Source: Acholeplasmataceae bacterium
GTDB lineage: Bacteria; Bacillota_I; Bacilli_A; Acholeplasmatales; Acholeplasmataceae
DNA length: 64,000 bases
Assembly: GCA_963675245.1 (NCBI GenBank)
Contig: OY775910.1
Span: 1,248,001 to 1,312,000, forward strand
Direction: 5' to 3'
Below the pieces are notes generated by a model. The model was not told the DNA's origin. It did not search any database and saw only the letters and a program-made list of their open reading frames with translations. This document shows, piece by piece, positions 1-8,891 of this stretch (its first letter is position 1; each line of letters opens with the position of its first letter). The position numbers were made by a program, and so were the translations under genes.

Positions 1-146
1 AAGCGCCTTATAAGCGCTCTAAAATAGAAAACCAATTGACGTTTTATGATATTTTGATGAAACATAAAATCCAAGTGACATTACGTAAAGAACAAGGGCA
101 TGATATTAATGCTGCTTGTGGGCAATTAAGAAGCCAGCATCTATAG
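1..146 (+). CDS. rlmN: 3' end of dual-specificity RNA methyltransferase RlmN (partial)
   Basis: Frame 3 reads ...VTLRKEQGHDINAACGQLRSQHL* (TAG 144-146). G-x-DIxAACGQL is the RlmN C-terminal motif, and the position upstream of rsgA-rpe fits. Not on the ORF track. Confidence 0.9.
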   Translation, partial: APYKRSKIENQLTFYDILMKHKIQVTLRKEQGHDINAACGQLRSQHL

Positions 147-155
147 GAGGATCAT

Positions 156-1112
156 TTGAAAACAGGTTTTATAACAAAACAAATTTCAAATCAATACACA
201 GTAAAAGATGTGGATTCAGACGAACTTTTAATCGCGCAAGCACGCGGTAAATTTCGCTTTATGAAACTTAATGAGTCCAATGCATTTAATAAAAACTTAA
301 CAGCAAAAACAAAAAAAGAACCAAAAACAATCATGGTTAGTCCGAAAGTTGGCGATTATGTCAACTATGAGATTGATGGTGATCACGTTTGGATTACGCA
401 TATTAAACCAAGAAAGAGTGAATTAACAAGACCTGATGTCGTCAATGTTGATCAAGTATTACTTGTTTTTTCTTGTGTAAGACCTGATTTTTCATTTTAT
501 TTACTCGACAAATTTCTTGTGATCTTAAATCAAGAAAGTTTACCACCAATTATCGTCATATCAAAAATTGATTTAGTTGACGAAGAAATGTTAAAAACAA
601 TTAAAGCGGGTATGTCATACTACGAAACACTCGGTTATGAAATTTATTATGTCAATTCTAAACAACGCATTGGTATCGATGTCTTAACACATATATTTAA
701 ACACAAGATTACAGTGTTAGCGGGTCAAACAGGTGTCGGAAAATCAACGTTACTGAATGCCTTAATGCCTGAATTAGGCCTAAAGACGCAAGAGATTTCA
801 TTTGCTTTAGGTAGAGGAAAACACACGACAAGGCATACTGAACTCTATCTTTACAACGAAGGTTATATTGTTGATACACCTGGTTTTTCTAAAATTGAGT
901 TTACTGTTTATTATGAAGATGATTTAAGATTGTTATATCCTGACTTTATTAAACGTTCATCTGACTGTAAATTTGGTAATAAATGTACACATATTCATGA
1001 GCCTGGTTGTGCGGTCAAAGAAGCAGTTGAAGAAGGTCAAATACCGACATCTAGATATGACAATTACTGTGCGTTTATCGATGAAATCAATCAACAAAAG
1101 TTAAAGTTTTAA
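156..1112 (+). CDS. rsgA: ribosome small subunit-dependent GTPase A
   Basis: Circularly permuted GTPase: SKID, GQTGVGKS, RGKHTT, DTPGF; C-terminal zinc site CKFGNKCTHIHEPGC. Confidence 0.95.
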   Translation: MKTGFITKQISNQYTVKDVDSDELLIAQARGKFRFMKLNESNAFNKNLTAKTKKEPKTIMVSPKVGDYVNYEIDGDHVWITHIKPRKSELTRPDVVNVDQVLLVFSCVRPDFSFYLLDKFLVILNQESLPPIIVISKIDLVDEEMLKTIKAGMSYYETLGYEIYYVNSKQRIGIDVLTHIFKHKITVLAGQTGVGKSTLLNALMPELGLKTQEISFALGRGKHTTRHTELYLYNEGYIVDTPGFSKIEFTVYYEDDLRLLYPDFIKRSSDCKFGNKCTHIHEPGCAVKEAVEEGQIPTSRYDNYCAFIDEINQQKLKF

Positions 1113-1126
1113 AAAGGAGATATGCC

Positions 1127-1756
1127 ATGAAGGTATCACCATCTGTATTATCAGCAAATTTTAATCACTTAAAACATGAGTTGGATCGAATCGCAACTGC
1201 GGATTATGTACATCTTGATATCATGGATGGACATTTTGTACCAAACATTTCATTTGGTCCAGACATTTCAAAGCAAATCAATGAAGCTACTAATCTTGAT
1301 TTAGATGTACACTTAATGGTTACTGACCCGTTAAAATGGGTACATCAATTTGCATTCTCTAAAACAAAGTTCATAACAATCCATATTGAAGCAAATGATG
1401 TTCAAAAAACATTGGATGCTATCAAAATGCACGGCATAGGATGTGGTATTTCACTAAGACCAAATACGAAAGTAGCAGATTTACTACCCTTTTTGGATCG
1501 TGTAGACCTTGTTTTAGTCATGACGGTTGAACCAGGATTTGGTGGTCAATCATTTATGCCAAATATGCTTGAGAAAGTAAAAGAACTAGTTCAACTTAGA
1601 AAAGATCATCATTATGATTACGTCATTGAAGTCGATGGTGGTATTACCAACGAAAACATTGATGATTGTAAAAAAGCTGGTGTGGATATTGTTGTTGCAG
1701 GTAGTTATATTGTGACATCTGAAAATGCAGAAAAAAGCATTTTAAGCTTAAAATGA
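1127..1756 (+). CDS. rpe: ribulose-phosphate 3-epimerase
   Basis: SPSVLSA, HLDIMDGHFVPN, MTVEPGFGGQ, EVDGGI motifs. Confidence 0.97.
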   Translation: MKVSPSVLSANFNHLKHELDRIATADYVHLDIMDGHFVPNISFGPDISKQINEATNLDLDVHLMVTDPLKWVHQFAFSKTKFITIHIEANDVQKTLDAIKMHGIGCGISLRPNTKVADLLPFLDRVDLVLVMTVEPGFGGQSFMPNMLEKVKELVQLRKDHHYDYVIEVDGGITNENIDDCKKAGVDIVVAGSYIVTSENAEKSILSLK

Positions 1757-2358
1757 GAGCGATTATTGTTACACATCCAACACCTAAAGATATTAAGAAG
1801 GTCTCAAAATTAACGAACGATGATTATATCATAGCTGTTGATCAAGCAGTCAAAGATGTCTTAGCTCAAAACCTTAAAATTGATTTAGCAATTGGTGATT
1901 TTGATTCACTTGATAATCTTGATTTATTAGTGGGTCTAGATGTGGTAAAACTCAATCCAAAAAAAGATGTAACAGATACTTTTCAAGCGCTTTATGAAGC
2001 CAAAAAAAGAGGATTTAAAACACTTCTTATAGTCGGTGGATTCGGGGGAGATAGAATAGAGCATTTTATCGCTCATTTGATGAATTTTAACGACTATGAG
2101 TCATTAGTTATGAAAGATGATAACTCGACAATCTATATAAAAAAAGAAGGGACTTATACCCTTGACTTTAGTGGTTATATATCACTATTTGCATATCCTG
2201 AAGCGACCATTTCCCTCACGGGATTTAAATATCCATTAGAAGCGTACCAGCTAACACAATTTGATCCACTTGGTATTAGTAATGAACTCGTTCATCAAAC
2301 CGGGACATTGACTGTTCATCATGGTGCGGTTTTAATCGTTGAATCAATAAAAAAATAA
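1753..2358 (+). CDS. thiN: thiamine diphosphokinase
   Basis: IGDFDS, KDxTD, GGxGGDRIEH, GFKYPL, LGISNE; ATGA overlap with rpe. Confidence 0.92.
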   Translation: MRAIIVTHPTPKDIKKVSKLTNDDYIIAVDQAVKDVLAQNLKIDLAIGDFDSLDNLDLLVGLDVVKLNPKKDVTDTFQALYEAKKRGFKTLLIVGGFGGDRIEHFIAHLMNFNDYESLVMKDDNSTIYIKKEGTYTLDFSGYISLFAYPEATISLTGFKYPLEAYQLTQFDPLGISNELVHQTGTLTVHHGAVLIVESIKK

Positions 2359-2378
2359 AAGGCGATTTCGCCTTATAT
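2359..2378. terminator. hairpin terminator between convergent thiN and rpmB
   Basis: AAGGCGA-TT-TCGCCTT inverted repeat between the two stop codons. Confidence 0.65.
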
Positions 2379-2380
2379 TT

Positions 2381-2569
2381 TTAAACGCGTTCTAAATTGT
2401 TTTTCTTTAAAGCTCTTGCAGAAACTTTAACACGTTTGATATTACCATGTTCGTCTCTAATTTTGATGGTTTGCAAGTTAGCCTTCCAAACACGACGATT
2501 CGCGTTTAAGGCATGACTACGACGGTTTCCTGTCATTGTCTTTTTACCTGTTACATAGCACTCTGCCAT
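2381..2569 (-). CDS. rpmB: 50S ribosomal protein L28
   Basis: MAECYVTGKKTMTGNRRSHALN..RRVWKANLQ; ATG at 2569 preceded by AAGGAG. Confidence 0.95.
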   Translation of the reverse strand: MAECYVTGKKTMTGNRRSHALNANRRVWKANLQTIKIRDEHGNIKRVKVSARALKKNNLERV

Positions 2570-2865
2570 ATTAATCACTCCTTACATGCACTATCTACTT
2601 TAACATAACAACACCTTAAAAGCAACAACTTTTCTTTAGAAATAGACGTTAAAAATGAAAAATTTGGGAAAATGTGTGGAAAATAGTGTTTTTTATAGAT
2701 ATGGTATAATATAAATGCCTAATCCTAAGATATAAATAACATTGCATTTTCATAAATAGCTATGCTATACTGATTAGGTAGATAAATGTAAATTAAATGT
2801 AAGAACAATCATAGTAAAAAAATGAGAAGCTGGAAACGGCTTACTTGACATTGAGGAGGATCATT

Positions 2866-4515
2866 GTGTCCAATAAAACAGTCAGTGGATCTTTATTTAA
2901 AAAGATGGTAACTAACGGCGCTGTAAATCTTAAAAACAATCACAAAGAAATAGATCATTTAAACGTATTCCCTGTACCAGATGGTGATACCGGCACGAAC
3001 ATGCAGATGACCATGATGGCAGGCATTAAAGAAGTAAATAATTTAGACAGTCAATCCATTATTGATGTATCAAAAATTTTATCACGTGGCTTACTCATGG
3101 GTGCTCGAGGAAATTCAGGGGTTATTCTATCTCAGTTCTTTAGAGGCGTCTATTCAGAAATCGCGAAAATTGAAAATGGATCAGCAACGATTGAAGAATT
3201 TATTCAAGCGTTAGTTGGTGGTTACCAAATGGCATATCGTGCTGTGATGGATCCAGTCGAAGGCACCATTTTAACAGTTGTCCGCGAATCAGCGGAGAAA
3301 GTATTAGTTGAACGTAAAAATTTAAGTAGTGTAGAAGATGTATTAAAAATTTATTTAGAACAAGCAAAAGAAACATTGATTAAAACACCAGATTTATTAC
3401 CAGTATTAAAAGAAGCAGGCGTAGTCGATAGCGGCGGTGCTGGCTTCATTAAGATCATTGAAGGTATGATCATGGCATTAGAAGGCAATATGCTTACAGA
3501 AGCAGAAATCGCTGCTATGCCACAAGCAAGAGAGCATTTCCAAGGTGCTGAAGCACTTGGTCATGGTATTGATATCAAATTTGGCTATTGTACAGAATTT
3601 ATCGTGAAATTACATCATCCTGATAAGTTTGAAGATAAATTCATGAAAGACCCACTTAATAAAATGGGTGATTCACTCGTATTAGTCACAGATGATGACT
3701 TATTAAAGATTCACGTCCATACTAATCAACCTGGGGTTGCATTAACGTTAGCTCAAAAATATGGTGATTTACAAACCATTAAAATTGAAAACATGCGTTT
3801 ACAACATTCAACGATTATGGGTACTGAATCAGAACACAAAGTTGAAAAACCACAATCTAAATATAGCATTATTGCAGTCGCCTCCGGTGAAGGTGTTCAT
3901 GAAGCATTCAAAGAATTAGGCGTTGACTTAATCATTGATGGTGGTCAAACGATGAACCCATCAACTGAAGACTTTGTAAAGGCTGTTGAATCACTCAATT
4001 CAGAACACATTATCATCTTACCTAACAATAAGAATATCATTATGTCAGCTGAACAAACATTAGACCTTTGTGAAGAAAAATCAATTAGAGTCTTACGTAC
4101 GAAGTCTATTGCTCAAGGTTATGCATCACTGATGGCATTTGATCCAACCCAAGAACTAGATGATAATTATGAAGAAATGACAGAAACATACGAACGTATG
4201 CGTTATGGTGAAGTGACTTACGCTGTTCGTGATACTGAAATTAACGGTGTAAAGATTAAGAGCGGTGATTTCATTGGTATCACAAAAGGTGAAATTTTAG
4301 TTTCTGTGCCAGATCGTAGTGAAACAGTCCATCGTTTACTTGATGACATGGTCAATGAAGATCGTGAAATCGTCACATTCTTTTATGGCAAAGACATTGA
4401 TTCAGAAGAACTAGATTCAGTGGTAGCTTATGTGAAGAAATTAAATCCTGATATTGATGTTGATTTAATTGAAGGAAAACAAGAAGTATACTCATATATT
4501 ATTGCAGTAGAATAA
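2866..4515 (+). CDS. fakA: DAK2-domain fatty acid kinase catalytic subunit (FakA/YloV)
   Basis: LNVFPVPDGDTGTNM, GARGNSGVILSQ, GVVDSGG, YCTEF, GGQTMNPS; GTG at 2866 after GAGGAGG (track start 2845). Confidence 0.93.
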   Translation: MSNKTVSGSLFKKMVTNGAVNLKNNHKEIDHLNVFPVPDGDTGTNMQMTMMAGIKEVNNLDSQSIIDVSKILSRGLLMGARGNSGVILSQFFRGVYSEIAKIENGSATIEEFIQALVGGYQMAYRAVMDPVEGTILTVVRESAEKVLVERKNLSSVEDVLKIYLEQAKETLIKTPDLLPVLKEAGVVDSGGAGFIKIIEGMIMALEGNMLTEAEIAAMPQAREHFQGAEALGHGIDIKFGYCTEFIVKLHHPDKFEDKFMKDPLNKMGDSLVLVTDDDLLKIHVHTNQPGVALTLAQKYGDLQTIKIENMRLQHSTIMGTESEHKVEKPQSKYSIIAVASGEGVHEAFKELGVDLIIDGGQTMNPSTEDFVKAVESLNSEHIIILPNNKNIIMSAEQTLDLCEEKSIRVLRTKSIAQGYASLMAFDPTQELDDNYEEMTETYERMRYGEVTYAVRDTEINGVKIKSGDFIGITKGEILVSVPDRSETVHRLLDDMVNEDREIVTFFYGKDIDSEELDSVVAYVKKLNPDIDVDLIEGKQEVYSYIIAVE

Positions 4516-4519
4516 TAAG

Positions 4520-4541
4520 AAGGCGCTATGCGCCTTTTTTT
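4520..4541 (+). terminator. rho-independent terminator of fakA
   Basis: AAGGCGC-TAT-GCGCCTT followed by a T-run. Confidence 0.75.
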
Positions 4542-4546
4542 ATGCT

Positions 4547-5636
4547 GATAAATTAGAATAACAAGTGCAACACTGTAAAAGAAAATAAAAAGGTTCATAG
4601 ATTCCTTTATAATGTAAGTGACCAAACAAACATAAAAGGAGAACCTATGAACTACACTCATCTTACCATAGAAGAAAGAACTTGTATATATCAGTTATGG
4701 CTGTCTGGCGTTAGCATGAGACAGATAAGCAAAGCAATCAAACGAAGTGTTAGCACAATCTCAAGAGAGTTAAAAAGGAATGACTGCGGCTATCGATATA
4801 AATACTTACCACACATTGCACAAAAGAGATATCAAAAGCGGCGAAAGAAATGTCATAGACCCATACGAATCAATCCTGAATTAAAAATATACATAGAAGA
4901 AAAGCTAGCTCAACAATGGTCACCAGAACAAATTGCTAAACGTGAAAAAGATCGACCTGAATACTGTCCATGTTACGCGACAATATATCGATGGATTCAC
5001 AAAAAACACCTAATTAAAGGCGATATGACGCAATTAAGACGTAAAGGAAAGTTCAAGAGACCCGCAGAAACAAGGGGACGATTCAATATTGGTAAAACAA
5101 TAAAAAAACGACCTAAAGAAGTTTACAAGAGAGAAACAATAGGTCATTGGGAAGCAGATACAGTTGAATCGGGAAGAGTTAATTTTCAGCGAAAAAGCAA
5201 ATATTGTTTCGTGACTTTAGCAGAACGCAAATCAAGGTTATACTTAGTTAAACTATTGCCAGATAGAACGAGTGAAAATGTGACAGCAGCTATCATAGAA
5301 TTATTATCACAATTCCCGCAAGAATTAGTAAAGACAATAACCTGTGATCGTGGTAAAGAATTTGCCAAATATAAAGAAATAGAAACACGATTAAGCTGTG
5401 ATATGTATTTCGCTGATCCATATTGTGCGTGGCAAAAAGGGACTAATGAGAATTCCAATGGATTATTAAGAGAATATTATCCAAAAGGAATGGATCTGTC
5501 GAAAACAAATGATGATGAAGTAACAAATGTACTAACACGCCTAAACAACAGACCTAGAAAATGCATAAACTTCAAAACACCATTAGAAGTAATCAATGAA
5601 TCTTATAACGCGTTGCACTTGAATTGACAAATTATC
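4547..5636 (+). mobile_element. IS30-family insertion sequence, apparently intact (1090 bp)
   Basis: Imperfect 27 bp terminal IRs (GATAAATTAGAATAACAAGTGCAACAC vs reverse complement GATAATTTGTCAATTCAAGTGCAACGC, 19/27). Flanked by direct repeat TGCT (4543-4546, 5637-5640). Confidence 0.9.
4647..5627 (+). CDS. IS30-family DDE transposase
   Basis: HLTIEER..STISRELKRN HTH, WSPEQIA, GHWEADTV, TCDRGKEF, WQKGTNENSNGLLR, LNNRPRK. Confidence 0.96.
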   Translation: MNYTHLTIEERTCIYQLWLSGVSMRQISKAIKRSVSTISRELKRNDCGYRYKYLPHIAQKRYQKRRKKCHRPIRINPELKIYIEEKLAQQWSPEQIAKREKDRPEYCPCYATIYRWIHKKHLIKGDMTQLRRKGKFKRPAETRGRFNIGKTIKKRPKEVYKRETIGHWEADTVESGRVNFQRKSKYCFVTLAERKSRLYLVKLLPDRTSENVTAAIIELLSQFPQELVKTITCDRGKEFAKYKEIETRLSCDMYFADPYCAWQKGTNENSNGLLREYYPKGMDLSKTNDDEVTNVLTRLNNRPRKCINFKTPLEVINESYNALHLN

Positions 5637-5667
5637 TGCTAAAATTTAATAAAAGGGAGTTGAGATC

Positions 5668-6540
5668 ATGAATATACTTGTTTTAGGTGGCGTTTCTTAT
5701 GATACCCTTATTCATTTGGATGAATTGCCAGAACCAGTAGCTAAAACCATATTTCCGAATCGTGTGATTAAAAGTATTGGTTCAACGGGTGCAGGAAAAG
5801 CTATACCGCTTGCCAAACTAGGGTTTGATGTCACTTTTCACGCGATGATTGGTGATGATCAAATTGGTAGAGACATTACACAAACATTAAATAAAGAAAA
5901 AATTCACTTCATATATGATATTGATCCAAAAGGCACAGAGACTCATACCAATCTTATGGCGAATGATGGTAAGAGAATCTCAATATTTACGAATCCCCTC
6001 ACATTTGAACCAACGATTGATGAAACAAAAATTAATGAAGCAATTGAAAAAGCAGATTTCGTTTTAATGAATATTAAGAACTATACAAGAAGATTCATCG
6101 ACAAAGTAAAAGCGTGTGATAAACCATTATGGATAGATATCCATGATTATGATGGTAGATCAGAATACCATCAGGATTATATTAAAGCTGCCGATATACT
6201 ATTTATGAGTAAAGATTTAATAGAAGATCCAACATCTTTTGTGAAAGACATGTTATTACAAGGAAAACAAGCTGTTGTCGTAACAGATGGACCAAATGGT
6301 ATCACGGGTTACTATTCGGATGACTTGATTCATATGCCCGCAATAAAGCCTTCAAAACAAGGCGATTTCAATGGTGCAGGTGATCATGTGGTGAGTGGTT
6401 ATCTATTTGGATTTGTTCATCAAATGAAGAGAAAAGACTGTTTGAAAGCAGGTGTCATTCTAGCAACGTCATGTATTGAAAGTGATACGTTATCAAATGA
6501 TGAAATCTCTATGAGTTGGCTAAAATCAAAGTTAGCATAA
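5668..6540 (+). CDS. PfkB/ribokinase-family carbohydrate kinase
   Basis: GSTGAGKA..LAKLG, IGDD, VVTDGPNG, DFNGAGD anion-hole motif. Confidence 0.85.
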   Translation: MNILVLGGVSYDTLIHLDELPEPVAKTIFPNRVIKSIGSTGAGKAIPLAKLGFDVTFHAMIGDDQIGRDITQTLNKEKIHFIYDIDPKGTETHTNLMANDGKRISIFTNPLTFEPTIDETKINEAIEKADFVLMNIKNYTRRFIDKVKACDKPLWIDIHDYDGRSEYHQDYIKAADILFMSKDLIEDPTSFVKDMLLQGKQAVVVTDGPNGITGYYSDDLIHMPAIKPSKQGDFNGAGDHVVSGYLFGFVHQMKRKDCLKAGVILATSCIESDTLSNDEISMSWLKSKLA

Positions 6541-6611
6541 ACAAACAAATTTTTTTATAAAATACTACCATTATGTTTTCTTTTTTGATACAATAGAAAC
6601 GCACCAATGAT

Positions 6612-6700
6612 GCGGATGTGGTGGAATGGTAGACACGCAAGTTTGAGGGGCTTGTGAGCAAGTTACGCTCGTGTGAGTTCAAGTCTCATCGTCCGCACCA
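6612..6700 (+). tRNA. tRNA-Leu(GAG)
   Basis: GCGGATG/CGTCCGC acceptor, anticodon stem CAAGT-TTGAGGG-GCTTG, long variable arm, GTTCAAG T-loop, encoded CCA. Confidence 0.95.
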
Positions 6701-6712
6701 TATAAGAAGCAT

Positions 6713-6745
6713 AGGTCTGATACAATTAGGTATCAGGCTTTTTTT
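6713..6745 (+). terminator. hairpin/terminator after tRNA-Leu(GAG)
   Basis: GGTCTGATAC-AATTAG-GTATCAGGCT then a T-run. Confidence 0.7.
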
Positions 6746-6838
6746 GCTTTAATAAAAGCTTTTAAGTACTTTGATGATCTATTAGTATATCCTAAATCAA
6801 TCGAAATTTAGCGAGAAATTCAATAGAAGAATAACAAC

Positions 6839-6931
6839 TTACACGATTTTCTCAAAAATTATACGATTACAAGTCAGTTTACACGATTTGATTGAATTTC
6901 ACACGATTACTAATCTTAAATCAGCGATTAC
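6839..6931 (+). repeat. phased array of ACACGATT motifs, 20 bp period (array A1)
   Basis: ACACGATT at 6841, ATACGATT 6861, ACACGATT 6881 and 6901, degenerate CAGCGATT 6922; intervening 12 bp vary. Confidence 0.85.
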
Positions 6932-6988
6932 ATACAAAGTAAATCATTATTTAACTAAAATAATAATGGCGTAAATACATAAAAGTTT

Positions 6989-7045
6989 ATAAAACTAAAT
7001 ATAAAATATAAATATATTCATAAAACTAAATATTTATGTTATAAT
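6989..7045 (+). promoter_or_regulatory. sigma-A-like promoter of HTH-Fic gene with 14 bp direct repeat (putative operator)
   Basis: TTCATA(7017)-17 bp-TATAAT(7040) with TG extension; ATAAAACTAAATAT at 6989 and 7020. Confidence 0.6.
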
Positions 7046-7066
7046 ATATATAAGAGGTGATTTCCA

Positions 7067-7999
7067 ATGTCATTAATATATAAAGGATTATTTGAAGTGC
7101 TAAGTAAGAAAAATATTTCAATATCAGAAATGTCAAAAGACTTAAACATATCATCAGCAACTCAAGCTAAATTTAGAAAAGGCGAATATGTTTCACTTCA
7201 GACATTAGAATCTATCTGTAAATACTTATCGGTGAGTATCAATGATATCGTATCATTTCTGACTGTAGAAAACTCATCTATCTTATATCAAAGATTAAGA
7301 GAAGAAATGTCCCACAGAATTAAAGGAAGTATATATCATGAAACACAAATACTATTAACCTATAATTCAAACCATATTGAAGGAAGCCAACTATCACCTG
7401 ATCAGACTAGGTATATTTTTGAAACAAACACCATTGGATTAGGTAAAGATAATTCAATTAATGTTGATGATATTATAGAAACTCAAAATCATTTTAGGTG
7501 TATTGATTATATGATTAAATCTGCTTTAGAACCATTATCTGAAACGTTAATTAAGGATTTACATAGAATATTAAAGACAGGAACAAGTGATGCTAAGCTT
7601 GATTGGTTTAATGTTGGTGAGTATAAGCAAAGACCAAATACAGTAGGTGGTATAGAGACAACAAAACCTGTTAATGTTCAAAGCGAATTAATTTCCTTGA
7701 TAGGTAAATATGAAATAAAAAAAGACTATTCTTTTGAAGATATCATAGAATTCCATTATCAATTTGAATGTATACATCCATTTCAAGATGGTAATGGTAG
7801 AGTCGGAAGATTGATTGCTTTTAAAGAATGTTTACGTCACGGCTTTGTTCCTTTCACGATTGATGAAAGTATTAAACTGTTTTATTATAGAGGCTTAAAA
7901 GAGTGGAAAAGTGAAAAAGGATATCTTGTGGATACCTGTCTTTCTGGACAAGACAAATATAAGAGATTACTTGATATGTTCAATATAAGTTATGGGTAG
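7067..7999 (+). CDS. XRE/Cro-type HTH fused to Fic domain
   Basis: N-terminal HTH (ISSATQAKFRKGEYVSLQTLESICKYL), inhibitory helix SNHIEG, canonical HPFQDGNGRVGR. Confidence 0.9.
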   Translation: MSLIYKGLFEVLSKKNISISEMSKDLNISSATQAKFRKGEYVSLQTLESICKYLSVSINDIVSFLTVENSSILYQRLREEMSHRIKGSIYHETQILLTYNSNHIEGSQLSPDQTRYIFETNTIGLGKDNSINVDDIIETQNHFRCIDYMIKSALEPLSETLIKDLHRILKTGTSDAKLDWFNVGEYKQRPNTVGGIETTKPVNVQSELISLIGKYEIKKDYSFEDIIEFHYQFECIHPFQDGNGRVGRLIAFKECLRHGFVPFTIDESIKLFYYRGLKEWKSEKGYLVDTCLSGQDKYKRLLDMFNISYG

Positions 8000-8002
8000 T
8001 GA

Positions 8003-8629
8003 GTGAATAATATGACAAAGGAAGAATACTTAGTTAATCCATGTGCGAAATTATCCATTCCATATTGGAAATACCTATTGTTTAAACAACCGCCAAATAT
8101 AGATGTATTTCATGAAAGTCACTATCGTGAAGACGATTTATATCATCATGTAGAGAAATATTTTAGGCTTATACACCATTTAGAAAAACCCTTGAAACCC
8201 CATCAATCAATTTCTGATATTAAGATTGCTCAAGACATGAAAGATTTAATATTGCAGATTAATCGTTCATATAGCAATGAAAGAATCACTGTGAATATTG
8301 AGGATGTTGAGCGTTGGATCAGTCATCCAACTTATGATAAGTCACTTTGGGTTAAAGTGGTTGTTGATGATTGTATGATTGCAAGTGGAATAGCGGAATA
8401 TGATGAGAATACAAAAGAAGGAATCATTGAGTGGGTGCAAGTTTCCCCTGAGTATCAACGCCAAGGATATGGAAAAATGATTGTTGAAGAATTATTGCAT
8501 AGATTATCAAAAAAGGCTGATTTTGTGACAGTATCAGGTAGACTATATAATGATACAAACCCAAAACTATTATACGAATCTTGCGGTTTTGAAGGTTCAA
8601 ACCTTTGGTATATATGCTATAAAAAATAA
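8003..8629 (+). CDS. GNAT-family N-acetyltransferase
   Basis: VQVSPEYQRQGYGK acetyl-CoA motif, LYESCGF. Confidence 0.85.
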   Translation: MNNMTKEEYLVNPCAKLSIPYWKYLLFKQPPNIDVFHESHYREDDLYHHVEKYFRLIHHLEKPLKPHQSISDIKIAQDMKDLILQINRSYSNERITVNIEDVERWISHPTYDKSLWVKVVVDDCMIASGIAEYDENTKEGIIEWVQVSPEYQRQGYGKMIVEELLHRLSKKADFVTVSGRLYNDTNPKLLYESCGFEGSNLWYICYKK

Positions 8630-8672
8630 CAGATTAAGCGTTGAATCTGCTTAGTGTTTTACAAACTTCTTT

Positions 8673-8724
8673 AGGGTGCGTAAAAATAAGTCAAGGGTGC
8701 GTAGATTTTTGATAGGGGTGCGCA
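8673..8724 (+). repeat. phased array of GGGTGCG motifs, 21 bp period (array B)
   Basis: GGGTGCG at 8674, 8695 and 8716 (AGGGTGCGTA, AGGGTGCGTA, GGGGTGCGCA) in AT-rich intergenic DNA. Confidence 0.85.
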
Positions 8725-8891
8725 ATTGTATTAAAATAGGTCATGCAACCCAAATTACCAGTCGGAGTACAGTTTTTAATTAATGTGCTCTTTTTTTGTC
8801 TTTGTTAAGCCACTCAGTATATTAGCATTTGTACTAAATCTCATTGAAAATCGATATAAGGTAACCGATTATGGTATACAATTAAGAATGC

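Noticed and set aside
6839..6931. ACACGATT arrays as a CRISPR or guide-RNA array
   Set aside because: Repeats are only 8-10 bp with 12 bp spacers, there are few units, no palindrome and no cas or nuclease gene nearby; phased protein-binding sites fit better.
8717..8744. GGTGCGCA resembling the XerC arm of E. coli dif
   Set aside because: No XerD-like TTATGTTAAAT arm follows the 6 bp spacer.
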